Below are positions 16,396 to 25,485 of a stretch of 32,000 nucleotides of DNA, piece after piece. Made by a program: the position numbers and the translations under genes. Numbering within the stretch: position 1 is the stretch's first letter; each line of letters opens with the position of its first letter. The stretch lies in the NCBI RefSeq assembly GCF_000734015.1, contig NZ_CP008796.1:210001-242000 (forward strand), given 5' to 3'. The notes under the pieces are model-generated. The model had not been told where the DNA came from. It saw only the letters and a program-made list of their open reading frames with translations, and did not search any database. This DNA comes from Thermodesulfobacterium commune DSM 2178. GTDB lineage: Bacteria; Desulfobacterota; Thermodesulfobacteria; Thermodesulfobacteriales; Thermodesulfobacteriaceae.

Positions 16396-17190
16396 ATGGA
16401 AAAAATAATCCTTTGTATAAAAGGGGTGCCTAAACCAGGGACAGTTAAGGTAGACCCATCGACCCATACCCTAAAGAGAGATAGTTTAGAACTAATTCTT
16501 AACCCTCCAGACAGACAGGCTGTAGAAATGGCCGTAAGGCTTAAAGAAAATTATGGATTGAAGGTTACTGTGATTACTATGGGTCCTCCTAATGTTATAC
16601 CTCTTTTAAAAGAGGTATACGGGATAGGGGCTGATGAAATGGTACTTTTGTCTGATAGGGCTTTTGCCGGTGCAGATACCTTAGCTACAAGTTATGTCCT
16701 TGCTGAGGCTATCAAAAAGATGTCCCCTTATTCTTTAGTCCTTATGGGTCTTAAATCCATAGACGGAGAGACCTCTCAAGTTCCTCCCGAAACAGCAGCT
16801 TTACTTGGATTGCCATCTATTACTAATGTTAAAACCGTTTTAAAAGAAGGGAATAATTGGGTAGTGCTAAGACAGACAGAGTATGGTGAAGAAGAGTTAG
16901 AGGTAGAACCTCCTTTTGTAGCTTCTGTTTTACCTGAGGCTTTTGATTATCTAAGGCCCCCCTCTTTAAAGAGACTTTTAGAGGTCAAAGAAAAAGATCC
17001 TTTGGTTTTTACAGTTCAAGATTTAGGGTTATCTCCTGAAAGATTAGGGCTTAATGGTTCACCTACTCAGGTAGTAGATGTTTTTGAGAAAAAATTTGAA
17101 GCTAAGGGGCAGGTGTTGGAGGGAGAACCTTCTTTTCTGGTAGAAAAGCTTATCTCGGTTTTAGAACAAAAAGGATTAATCCATCCTTAG
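16396..17190 (+). CDS. etfB: Electron transfer flavoprotein, beta subunit
   Basis: CIKGVP...VKVDP, TVITMGPP, LSDRAFAGADTLATS and GLNGSPTQV are present. Length is 264 aa. Confidence 0.9.
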   Translation: MEKIILCIKGVPKPGTVKVDPSTHTLKRDSLELILNPPDRQAVEMAVRLKENYGLKVTVITMGPPNVIPLLKEVYGIGADEMVLLSDRAFAGADTLATSYVLAEAIKKMSPYSLVLMGLKSIDGETSQVPPETAALLGLPSITNVKTVLKEGNNWVVLRQTEYGEEELEVEPPFVASVLPEAFDYLRPPSLKRLLEVKEKDPLVFTVQDLGLSPERLGLNGSPTQVVDVFEKKFEAKGQVLEGEPSFLVEKLISVLEQKGLIHP

Positions 17191-17199
17191 AGGTGAAAC

Positions 17200-18207
17200 A
17201 TGATTGAAAAAAAGAACTTAGAAGAACTTAAGAAAGGAAGTCTTTTAGCTTTTGGAGAAATTTTTAACGGGAAATTACACCCTTCGGCTATAGAAGTGCT
17301 TACTCCTTTAAAAGAATTAGGTCTAAAGTTAGATAAAAAGGTGGTACTTGTCTGTTTGATGGATAATCTTCAATCTTTTCAGGATTTAGAGGTGTTAAAA
17401 AAATCTATTGCTGATGAAGTTTGGATGGTTTGTCATCAAGAGTTGGTCCATTTTAAAGATGATTTATATGCTGAAGTTTTGATAGAAATTGTCAAAAAAA
17501 CCTCTCCTTACGGGTTGTTTTTTCCGGCAACCTCAATTGGTTGTGCTTTGGCTCCAAGGATAGCCGGAAAACTAAATTTAGGGCTTTGTGCTCATGTTAA
17601 TCATTTAGAGGTAGAAGACGGAAAGATAGTTATGGCAAGACCTACTTATGGAGAAAACATCATAGCTAAACTTATATCAAAAACTACACCTGTTATGGCA
17701 ACCCTTTCTATCGGTGCCTTTTCTCCTTCTTACGGAGAAAGAGAACCGAAGTTTTTTGAAGTAGCAATGCCTGAGGAATTTACTTGGGTAAGTAAAATAA
17801 AGGTTAGAAATTTTAAACCCTCTGCCAAGCAACCTAACAGGCTTTCTACCGCTAAAGTGGTTGTGGCTGGAGGGAGAGGGCTTAAGTCTAAGGAAAACTT
17901 TAAGAAGCTTTTTGAGCTGGCTCAGATTTTAAAAGCTGAGGTTGGGGCTACACGTCCGGTCTGCTACGAAGGTTGGGTTGAAGAAGACCGGATGATTGGG
18001 GTAAGTGGAGTAACTGTTAGACCTAAAGTTTATATAGGGTTTGGGATCTCTGGAGCACTTCAACATACTGTAGGGATGGAAAACTCAGAGTTTATCGTGG
18101 CGGTAAACACCGATAAAGAAGCTCCACTGGTTAAAATGGCACATCTTGCGTTGATAGGAGATGCTTCTAAAGTGTTAGACTTATTGATAAAAAAACTTAA
18201 GAAATAA
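17200..18207 (+). CDS. etfA: Electron transfer flavoprotein, alpha subunit
   Basis: VVAGGRG, GATRP and YIGFGISGALQHTVGM...IVAVNTDKEAPL are typical of the EtfA FAD-binding domain. Confidence 0.9.
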   Translation: MIEKKNLEELKKGSLLAFGEIFNGKLHPSAIEVLTPLKELGLKLDKKVVLVCLMDNLQSFQDLEVLKKSIADEVWMVCHQELVHFKDDLYAEVLIEIVKKTSPYGLFFPATSIGCALAPRIAGKLNLGLCAHVNHLEVEDGKIVMARPTYGENIIAKLISKTTPVMATLSIGAFSPSYGEREPKFFEVAMPEEFTWVSKIKVRNFKPSAKQPNRLSTAKVVVAGGRGLKSKENFKKLFELAQILKAEVGATRPVCYEGWVEEDRMIGVSGVTVRPKVYIGFGISGALQHTVGMENSEFIVAVNTDKEAPLVKMAHLALIGDASKVLDLLIKKLKK

Positions 18208-18649
18208 GTTTTTGAAACTTTTCTTGAAGCCTTTTTACGTGATCTCCTTCCCAATAAAGTTTTTGACAGGAAGGGCAGTAGTTGAATTCCTCATAACGTT
18301 GATATACTTTTTCAGGTATAAGAGATTTAAAGTCTTCTTTGTTCACAGGGATAAGTTGTCCTCCGCATAACGTACAAAGGTTAAGTTTAAGCTCAGGTTT
18401 AAGGTTAAGGCGATTTAAACAAAGTTTAAGCTGAGTTTTTAGGTTATCTCTGGGGAGAAGTAAAAATTTTACTCCTGCTTTTTCTAACCTTATGGCTGTT
18501 TCAGGGCTGGTGATAAGAAAAATACAATCTTTATGTTTTAAAATATCCTGGTCTGAAATTTTGCCTTCACAAAAGATTACAGGATAGCCTAAAAACAGGA
18601 GCCATTTGCCTAAACCTTTCAGGCTTCCTTCTAAAAAAAATTTTATCAT
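18197..18649 (-). CDS. Mut7-C/DUF82-like PIN-fold protein with a C-terminal zinc ribbon
   Basis: The N-terminus FFLEGSLKGLGKWLLFLGY resembles the DUF82 opening (..D.MLG.LA.WLR.LGY). C92-x2-C95 and C125-x2-C128 are followed by LYWEG.H. An ATGA overlap joins it to the aspS stop. Confidence 0.55.
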   Translation of the reverse strand: MIKFFLEGSLKGLGKWLLFLGYPVIFCEGKISDQDILKHKDCIFLITSPETAIRLEKAGVKFLLLPRDNLKTQLKLCLNRLNLKPELKLNLCTLCGGQLIPVNKEDFKSLIPEKVYQRYEEFNYCPSCQKLYWEGDHVKRLQEKFQKLIS

Positions 18650-20448
18650 TCTGTTTTAGGTTTTTTTTCCCATCCAGGAAGAAGATGTAGTTCCAGTATC
18701 TGTTCTATTTTAACCTCTGCAGGTGCGCCGGTAAGTAGACATTGGGCTCTTTGAGTTTTCGGAAAGGCTATAACTTCTCTTATACTCTTTTTCCCAAGCA
18801 TAAGCATGATTAATCTGTCAAGTCCAAAGGCTATTCCACCATGAGGAGGAGCTCCAAATTCTAAAGCATTAAGCAAGAACCCAAATTTTTCTTCAGCCTC
18901 TTCTTCTGAGATACTTAAAAGTTTAAAGATTTTTTGTTGTAAGTCTTTACGATGGATACGAATACTTCCACCTCCTACTTCTATACCATTTAAAACCAAG
19001 TCATAGGCCCTAGCCCTTACTTTAAGGGGGTCTGTGTCTAAAAGAGGAAGGTCTTCTTCTTTAGGATGGGTAAAAGGATGGTGCACAGAAACCAGTCTGT
19101 TTTCTTCATCATCCCATTCAAAAAGTGGAAAATCTACCACCCAAGTGAAGGTAAAAACTCCTTGAGGTATTAAGTTAAGCTTGTTTGCTATATGTTTTCT
19201 TAGCTCCCCTAAAACTAAGTTAGCAATTTCTTTAGAGTCAGCCACAAAAAAGAAGGTAACTTGTTCTTCTTCAACCTTAAAGACTTCTACCAGTCGTTCT
19301 AAAACAGAGGGTTCAAAAAATTTTACGATAGGGGAGTTCCATTTCTCTTCAAAGGTTTTTCCGTTTTTACTGTATTTGATCCAGGCAAGACCTTTGGCTC
19401 CTAAGTCTTGAGCAAACTTAGTCAAATCTTCTAACTCTTTTCGAGAAAAAGTGGCAGGGGCTTTTAACCCTTTGACCACCCCACCTGCATCTAAAGCACC
19501 TCGAAAGACTTTAAAAGAAGAATCTTTAAACAACTCAGACAGGTTTTGTAATTTTAGGTCAAACCTTAGGTCAGGTCGGTCTGTACCATATTCCTCTAAG
19601 GCTTTTTCAAAGGTTATCACCGGAAAAGGTGTTGAAAGGGTAATTCCCAGGTTCTTTTCAAAAATGTAACTCATAAGTTCTTCTATAAGCGCCATCACGT
19701 CCTGTTCTTCTACAAAGGACATCTCCATGTCAAGCTGAGTAAACTCTGGTTGTCTGTCTGCCCTAAGGTCCTCATCCCTAAAGCATCTTACAATCTGATA
19801 GTACCGGTCTACCCCTGCTACCATCAAAATCTGTTTAAAAAGCTGAGGGGATTGAGGTAAGGCATAAAACTTGCCAGGATAAAGACGGCTTGGAACCAGA
19901 TAGTCTCTTGCTCCTTCAGGGGTACTTTTAGTTAGGTAAGGGGTTTCAATCTCTAAAAAACCTCTACTGTTTAAGAATTCTCTTATGGAATGGTTTACCT
20001 TGTGTCTAAAGATAAAAGGGGTTAAACCTTCAGGACTTCTCATCTCTAAATAACGGTATTTTAAACGAAGAGCTTCGGAGACCTCAGAAAGGTCTTCGTC
20101 AAGCGGGAAGGGTGGGGTTTTTGAGGTGTTATGTATTTCTACGTCTGTAGCTACGAGCTCTATGTCACCGGTAGAAATCTTAGGGTTTTCCATTCCTTCT
20201 GGTCTTTTCCTTATCTTACCTCTAACACTTACTACATACTCTATTCTGATAGAGTCAGCTAAGTTATGTACCTCTTGGTCTATGTCTTCTTCAAAAACTA
20301 CCTGAAGTAGACCAGACCTATCTCTTAAGTCTAAAAAGATGATACCTCCATGGTCTCGTCTTCTAAGCACCCAACCAGAAACAGTAACTTCTTTTCCTAT
20401 AAAATCTTTGTTTAATTCACCTATATAAACCTCTCTTTTTAGCCGCAT
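18646..20448 (-). CDS. aspS: Aspartate--tRNA ligase (bacterial type)
   Basis: 600 aa. FLDLRDRSG, FRDEDLRADRQPEFTQLD and GGGSIRIH...FG.PPHGGIAFGLDR are the class II motifs. Confidence 0.97.
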   Translation of the reverse strand: MRLKREVYIGELNKDFIGKEVTVSGWVLRRRDHGGIIFLDLRDRSGLLQVVFEEDIDQEVHNLADSIRIEYVVSVRGKIRKRPEGMENPKISTGDIELVATDVEIHNTSKTPPFPLDEDLSEVSEALRLKYRYLEMRSPEGLTPFIFRHKVNHSIREFLNSRGFLEIETPYLTKSTPEGARDYLVPSRLYPGKFYALPQSPQLFKQILMVAGVDRYYQIVRCFRDEDLRADRQPEFTQLDMEMSFVEEQDVMALIEELMSYIFEKNLGITLSTPFPVITFEKALEEYGTDRPDLRFDLKLQNLSELFKDSSFKVFRGALDAGGVVKGLKAPATFSRKELEDLTKFAQDLGAKGLAWIKYSKNGKTFEEKWNSPIVKFFEPSVLERLVEVFKVEEEQVTFFFVADSKEIANLVLGELRKHIANKLNLIPQGVFTFTWVVDFPLFEWDDEENRLVSVHHPFTHPKEEDLPLLDTDPLKVRARAYDLVLNGIEVGGGSIRIHRKDLQQKIFKLLSISEEEAEEKFGFLLNALEFGAPPHGGIAFGLDRLIMLMLGKKSIREVIAFPKTQRAQCLLTGAPAEVKIEQILELHLLPGWEKKPKTE

Positions 20449-20486
20449 TTAACCGTCCTCCTAATCCTTTAGGAATCGCTTCTATA

Positions 20487-21263
20487 TTATAGCACCAAAG
20501 AAAAAAATCTTATAGTGTTTTCTTTAACTTTTTCTGCTATTTCCTCTAAAGGGAGTCCTTTTATTTCTGCTATTTTTTGAGCGGTATAAGGTAAAAAAGC
20601 GGGTTCATTTCTTTTTCCTCTGAAAGGCATAGGGGTTAGATAAGGGCAGTCCGTTTCTATAAGCATTCGTTCTAAAGGAATAAACTTTACAGCGGCTCTT
20701 AGCTCTTCTGCTTTAGGAAAGGTCACCACCCCTGGAATAGAAATATAACCCCCTAAATCAAGTATTTTTTTAGCTATTTCAGGTCCTGAAGTAAAACAAT
20801 GAGATACAAACCTAATAGGTAAAAAATTTTTAAGGATAGCTATCGCAGTTTCCCAGAGGTTTTCTTCACCTCTAAGATGAAGGATTACCGGTTTTTGTTG
20901 AGACTTGGCTATCGCAAGTTGTCTTTCAAAGTGTTTGATTTGCATCTCTTTAGGAGAATATTCTTTTACCCAGTCAAGTCCGATTTCACCAAGGGCTACT
21001 GCTTGAGGCAAAAGTTTTTCTAATTCCCTGTAATCTTCTTCAGAAAGTTTTTTTACCTCATGGGGATGAAAACCCAGAGCCGGGGAAATAAAGTCAGGAT
21101 ATTTTTGATGCAGGTCTAAGGCTTTTTTATTGGTAGAAGGGTTAATCCCTACTACCACACAATGGATAACACCGTTTTGTTTAGCCCGGTTGATGGTATC
21201 TTCTAAGTCTTTTTTAAATTCTGGGAGGTTAAGATGAGCATGGCTGTCTATAAACTCTAACAT
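20487..21263 (-). CDS. tatD: TatD-family metal-dependent hydrolase
   Basis: IDSHAHLN, GEIGLD, ILHLR and ETDCPYL motifs are present. Confidence 0.9.
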   Translation of the reverse strand: MLEFIDSHAHLNLPEFKKDLEDTINRAKQNGVIHCVVVGINPSTNKKALDLHQKYPDFISPALGFHPHEVKKLSEEDYRELEKLLPQAVALGEIGLDWVKEYSPKEMQIKHFERQLAIAKSQQKPVILHLRGEENLWETAIAILKNFLPIRFVSHCFTSGPEIAKKILDLGGYISIPGVVTFPKAEELRAAVKFIPLERMLIETDCPYLTPMPFRGKRNEPAFLPYTAQKIAEIKGLPLEEIAEKVKENTIRFFSLVL

Positions 21264-22091
21264 TTAAGTCCTCCAGCTTTTCAGAATAAAAGAGATTAAA
21301 AGCCAAAAACTCATACAAAGAACTACAGCACTTGAAAAAGGAATGTCCCATACTAGAGAAACTATTGTTCCTGATAAGATGCTAAAAAGGTTGGTTAAAG
21401 CAGTTAAAAAGATAGTTTGTTTTACGTTGTTTCCTGTTTTTAGCCCTAAAACACTAGTAAAAACAAACAAAGAAGAGACTAAAAGCACTCCCATAAGTTT
21501 GATACTGATAAACACCTGAAGGGTTAAGATGGTAAGAAACCAAAAGTTAGCCCATTTAAAGTTAACCCCAGGGATTTCATGGTCTGTCTTCTGGGTGATC
21601 CATAGAGGATAGTATTTATAAAACACCAGCAACGTCAGACAGGCTATCCATAGGCTGTTAAACATATCCTTAGAAGTAACGGTCATCAAGCTTCCAAATA
21701 GATAGGAAAGGAGTCTCGTGTCATATTGAGAGGTTTTGGTAATAAGGATTAAAGCTATACCAAGGGCTAAACTGGCGATGATAGAAGTTGCTGTGTCTTC
21801 ATAAAGTCTAAACGTTCTCTTTAAAACAAATACCAAAGAGGTGCAAAAGAGGGTTACCAGCCCCATGATAGGGTATTCTAAAAGAGGGTAGGTAAAAATA
21901 TCTGGGAAATATTCAGAGATTATAGAAATAAGGATGATAGCTAAGAATAAAATGTGGGTTAAGGCGTGTGGGAAGAGGGAGTTTCTTTTTAAAACCAAAA
22001 AGGGTGAAGTAAAGGCAAAGGAAATCCCAAGAAAAACTCCAGCTAAAAGCCCATATTTTAACAATCCTAAGGATAACCAAAGTTCAGTCAT
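21264..22091 (-). CDS. Metal (Zn/Mn-type, ABC-3 family) ABC transporter permease
   Basis: A polytopic hydrophobic protein downstream of a ZnuC-like ATPase. I trimmed the start to ATG 22091 (MTELWLSLG...), 2 nt after the ATPase stop. The track's start at 22160 would overlap the ATPase by 67 nt. Confidence 0.75.
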   Translation of the reverse strand: MTELWLSLGLLKYGLLAGVFLGISFAFTSPFLVLKRNSLFPHALTHILFLAIILISIISEYFPDIFTYPLLEYPIMGLVTLFCTSLVFVLKRTFRLYEDTATSIIASLALGIALILITKTSQYDTRLLSYLFGSLMTVTSKDMFNSLWIACLTLLVFYKYYPLWITQKTDHEIPGVNFKWANFWFLTILTLQVFISIKLMGVLLVSSLFVFTSVLGLKTGNNVKQTIFLTALTNLFSILSGTIVSLVWDIPFSSAVVLCMSFWLLISFILKSWRT

Positions 22092-22093
22092 TT

Positions 22094-22825
22094 TTACCAG
22101 TGGGAATGTTCTATCCGGTGATATTCCGAATAGAAATCTTTTTGTTGGCTTAACGTACAAAACTCTTCATGGTTTCCATGGAAAAAGAGATTCTTGTTGA
22201 TACAGGCTATTTTGTTTACCGATTTGGTTAGTAACCAGGTTTCATGGGTAATGAGTAGAATGGTTAACCCTTTTTGATGTAAGCTCTCTAATAACTTATA
22301 AAACCTTTCCTGGGAAAAAAAGTCTAAGCCTACCGAAGGTTCATCAAGGATTAATACCTCTGGCTTTAAGATCAAAGACCTCCCGATATAAGCTCTCTGG
22401 AGCTGTCCATAAGAAAGTTTCCCTAATTTTTGATTTAAAAGGTTTTGGAGACCTAAAAGATGGATCACCTCTTCAAAATAACTTTTATCTAAAGACTTAT
22501 GGTACCATTTTGCAGGTAAAGATAGAAATTCTTTTACTGTAAGGGGGGTTAAAAAATCTATCAAATCTCCAGCTCTTTGTGGGACATATCCTAACTTATA
22601 CCACTCTTTGAAATTTTTTAGTTCTTTCCCCCACCAAAGGATTTTCCCTTTAATAGGTTTTAGGAACCCCAAAATACATCTGATTAAAGTGGATTTTCCC
22701 CCTCCGTTAGGTCCGATGATGGCTAAAAAATCCCCTTGTTCTATCTCAAAGTTTATGTCGTTAAGGACCAAGCTTCCGTCGTAGGCAAACGAAAGATGTT
22801 CTACCTTCAATATGGTTTGATTCAT
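22094..22825 (-). CDS. Metal ABC transporter ATP-binding protein (ZnuC-like)
   Basis: Walker A GPNGGGKST, LGYVPQ, signature LSYGQLQR and Walker B LILDEP are present. The C-terminus is His-rich (YHRIEHSHW). Confidence 0.85.
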   Translation of the reverse strand: MNQTILKVEHLSFAYDGSLVLNDINFEIEQGDFLAIIGPNGGGKSTLIRCILGFLKPIKGKILWWGKELKNFKEWYKLGYVPQRAGDLIDFLTPLTVKEFLSLPAKWYHKSLDKSYFEEVIHLLGLQNLLNQKLGKLSYGQLQRAYIGRSLILKPEVLILDEPSVGLDFFSQERFYKLLESLHQKGLTILLITHETWLLTKSVNKIACINKNLFFHGNHEEFCTLSQQKDFYSEYHRIEHSHW

Positions 22826-23604
22826 ACAGAGGTTTTTACCTCTTCCCAGATTTGGTCAAGTTGGGTTAAATTAAGGTCCTTCCAAGAAAGTCCTCTTTTT
22901 TCTACTACTTCTTCTAACCGTTTAAAACGGTTTTCAAACTTTTCTAAAGCCACCTTAAGAGCTTCTTCAGGGTTGATGTTTAGCTTGCGAGAGAGATTGG
23001 CTATCGTAAAGAGAAGGTCACCTATTTCTTCTTTTAAGGCCTCTTTTTCCCCCTTTTGGATAGCTTCTTTTAACTCTGCAGCTTCTTCGCTAAGTTTATT
23101 TAAAACCTCTTCAGGTTTTTCCCAGTCAAACCCTACTCTTGCTGCCCTTTCTCCTAAACGAAAGGCCCTTTGCAGGGCTGGTAAACTTTTAGGGATGTTC
23201 CCTAAAACAGAAGAACTTTTTCCTTCTTCTTTTTTGATCCTTTGCCAGTTTTTGAGCACCTCTTCTGCTGTTTTAGCAACCTCATCGCCAAATACATGGG
23301 GGTGTCTTTTTATCATTTTCTGGGCAGTATAATAAAAAACGTCTTTATAAGAAAAGACGTTTTTTTCCTCATAAAGATACAGGATAAAGATCAACAAAAA
23401 AAGAAGATCCCCTAACTCTTCCCTTATCTCTTCATCTTTTTCCTTTTCTATAGCTTCTATCAATTCATAAGTTTCTTCTATAAGGTATTTTTTCAAAGTC
23501 TGAGGAGTTTGCTCCCTATCCCAGGGACATCCATTTTCTCCTCTTAAGATTTTAACTATTTCTCTTAAGGTTTCAAAACTGGCTTCTTCTTTGGTCACCT
23601 TCAT
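22822..23604 (-). CDS. mazG: Nucleoside triphosphate pyrophosphohydrolase MazG (tandem MazG domains)
   Basis: GCPWDREQT is present, with two EExxEL/ExGDLLF repeats (EETYELIEAI...ELGDLLF and EEAAELKEAI...EIGDLLF). Confidence 0.9.
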   Translation of the reverse strand: MKVTKEEASFETLREIVKILRGENGCPWDREQTPQTLKKYLIEETYELIEAIEKEKDEEIREELGDLLFLLIFILYLYEEKNVFSYKDVFYYTAQKMIKRHPHVFGDEVAKTAEEVLKNWQRIKKEEGKSSSVLGNIPKSLPALQRAFRLGERAARVGFDWEKPEEVLNKLSEEAAELKEAIQKGEKEALKEEIGDLLFTIANLSRKLNINPEEALKVALEKFENRFKRLEEVVEKRGLSWKDLNLTQLDQIWEEVKTSV

Positions 23605-23606
23605 TT

Positions 23607-24107
23607 TTAACCCTGTTTTAATCTTTTCATGATATGAGGTATTAACCCTCCGTCTTCTAAAATTTCTTTCATAAACTGTGGTAAGGGTTTGGTGGTATAG
23701 GTTTTATTTTTGGTTAGATTGAGGATTTTTCCCTCTTCTGGATAGACCTCAAGCTCATCTCCTGTTTCTATATCCTTTGAAGCTTCGGGACATTCAAGGA
23801 TAAGAAGCCCAGTGTTAAATGCGTTGCGGTAAAAAATCCTGGCAAAACTTTCAGCTATCACGCAAGAGATACCACAGGCTTTTATCGCTATAGGGGCATG
23901 CTCTCTGGATGAGCCACATCCAAAGTTTTTACCTGCTACAATTATGTCTCCAGGATTTACTTTTTTAGAAAACTCTGGGTCAGCATCTTCCATACAATGC
24001 TTGGCAAGTTCCTGTGGATCGGTGGTGTTAAGATATCTTGCAGGTATGATAACGTCTGTATCTATGTTGTCTCCAAACTTCCAGGCTTTACCTTTTATGG
24101 TATTCAT
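23607..24107 (-). CDS. leuD: 3-isopropylmalate dehydratase small subunit (type 2, aconitase swivel domain)
   Basis: 166 aa. [15 protein letters not shown] and [14 protein letters not shown] are present. Leucine-pathway versus homoaconitase or citramalate specificity cannot be decided by eye. Confidence 0.82.
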   Translation of the reverse strand: MNTIKGKAWKFGDNIDTDVIIPARYLNTTDPQELAKHCMEDADPEFSKKVNPGDIIVAGKNFGCGSSREHAPIAIKACGISCVIAESFARIFYRNAFNTGLLILECPEASKDIETGDELEVYPEEGKILNLTKNKTYTTKPLPQFMKEILEDGGLIPHIMKRLKQG

Positions 24108-24128
24108 GATTTAACCCTCCCTTTGAGT

Positions 24129-25403
24129 TTATAAGCCTAATTCTTCTGGTGTAGCAATATAGCCAACCACTGCACTTGCAGCTGCCACAGCCGGACTGGC
24201 TAAATACACCTCACTTTCAGGATGTCCCATCCTTCCTACAAAGTTTCTGTTGGTGGTAGCTACCGCCTTTTCACCCTTAGCAAGAATACCCATATGTCCT
24301 CCTAAACAAGGCCCACAGGTAGGAGGAGAAATGATGGCCCCACTTTCTATAAAAATTTCTATCAACCCTTTTTTCAAGGCTTCCTTGTAGATTTTAGGAG
24401 TAGCAGGGATGATGATACACCTTACGTTGGGGTTTATTTTTTTTCCTTTAAGGATTTTAGCCGCTATGATAAGGTCTTCTAATCTTCCGTTGGTGCAGGA
24501 CCCGATTACTACCTGGTCGATGTAAATCTTAGGTAAGTCTTTTACTGGTTTTACGTTAGAAGGAAGATGAGGTAAGGCAACCACTGGGTCTATCTTAGAT
24601 ACATCATACTCCCTTATTTCTACATAGTTTGCTTTTTTATCAGGCTTTAGGACTAAAGGCTTTCTGGTAGAATGTTTCTTTACAAAGGCTAAAGTTTTTT
24701 TATCTGGTGCAATCAATCCTACCTTCCCCCCAGCCTCTATGGCCATGTTACACATCGTAAACCTGTCACTCATAGATAATTTTTCTATAACCTCACCGGT
24801 AAACTCCATTGCCTTATAAAGGGCTCCGTCTACTCCGATATCTCCTATGGTATAAAGGATTAAGTCTTTTCCTGTAACCCAGGGTTTAAGAGTTCCATAA
24901 TAGACAAACTTTATGGTTTCAGGGACTTTAAACCAGGTTTTTCCAGTTAACCAAGCTCCAGCAAGGTCTGTAGACCCAACCCCTGTAGCAAAGGCACCCA
25001 AAGCTCCATAGGTACAGGTATGGCTGTCAGCACCTATCACTACATCTCCAGGCACAACCAACCCTAACTCAGGTAAAAGGGCGTGCTCTATACCACAGGA
25101 TCCACCTTCATAATAATGGGTGATTTTATGTTTTCTTGCAAACTCCCGACATATCCTTACTTGTTCTGCACTTTTAATGTCTTTGTTAGGGGTAAAATGG
25201 TCCATAACCAAGGCGATTTTTTCTGGGTCAAAAACCTGGTTTATCCCTGTAGATTCGAAAACCTTGATGGCCAAAGGCCCGGTGATGTCGTTAGCTAAGG
25301 TTAGGTCTACCGGCACCTCTACCAGCTCTCCTGGCTCTACATACTCTTTTCCAACCTTTTGGGCTAAAATTTTCTCTGCTAAGGTCATTGGCTTTTTTCC
25401 CAT
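24129..25403 (-). CDS. leuC: 3-isopropylmalate dehydratase large subunit (type 2, ~420 aa)
   Basis: [36 protein letters not shown] and the PTCGPCLG Fe-S ligand contexts are present. Confidence 0.88.
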   Translation of the reverse strand: MGKKPMTLAEKILAQKVGKEYVEPGELVEVPVDLTLANDITGPLAIKVFESTGINQVFDPEKIALVMDHFTPNKDIKSAEQVRICREFARKHKITHYYEGGSCGIEHALLPELGLVVPGDVVIGADSHTCTYGALGAFATGVGSTDLAGAWLTGKTWFKVPETIKFVYYGTLKPWVTGKDLILYTIGDIGVDGALYKAMEFTGEVIEKLSMSDRFTMCNMAIEAGGKVGLIAPDKKTLAFVKKHSTRKPLVLKPDKKANYVEIREYDVSKIDPVVALPHLPSNVKPVKDLPKIYIDQVVIGSCTNGRLEDLIIAAKILKGKKINPNVRCIIIPATPKIYKEALKKGLIEIFIESGAIISPPTCGPCLGGHMGILAKGEKAVATTNRNFVGRMGHPESEVYLASPAVAAASAVVGYIATPEELGL

Positions 25404-25440
25404 AGGTTAACCCCTTTTAAAATTTTTTAAGAGATAATAA

Positions 25441-25468
25441 ATTTTAAAACTTAAGCCAGATTTTGCAA
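25441..25468 (-). promoter_or_regulatory. Candidate sigma-70 promoter for the leuC-led minus-strand gene run
   Basis: The minus strand reads TTGCAA (25468-25463), a 16-nt spacer, then TAAAAT (25446-25441). Confidence 0.35.
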
Positions 25469-25485
25469 CCTAAAGTTTTTTGCCC

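Noticed and set aside
22092-22160. Track start (22160) for the ABC permease, which adds 23 residues.
   Set aside because: It would overlap the upstream ATPase gene by 67 nt. ATG 22091 lies 2 nt after the ATPase stop and begins directly at the first transmembrane segment.
22736-23332. 198-aa plus-strand ORF antisense to mazG and the ABC ATPase.
   Set aside because: It is long only because the complement of Glu/Lys-rich mazG codons avoids stops. The product is Ser/Phe/Leu-rich with no motifs, and the locus is already occupied by two well-supported genes.
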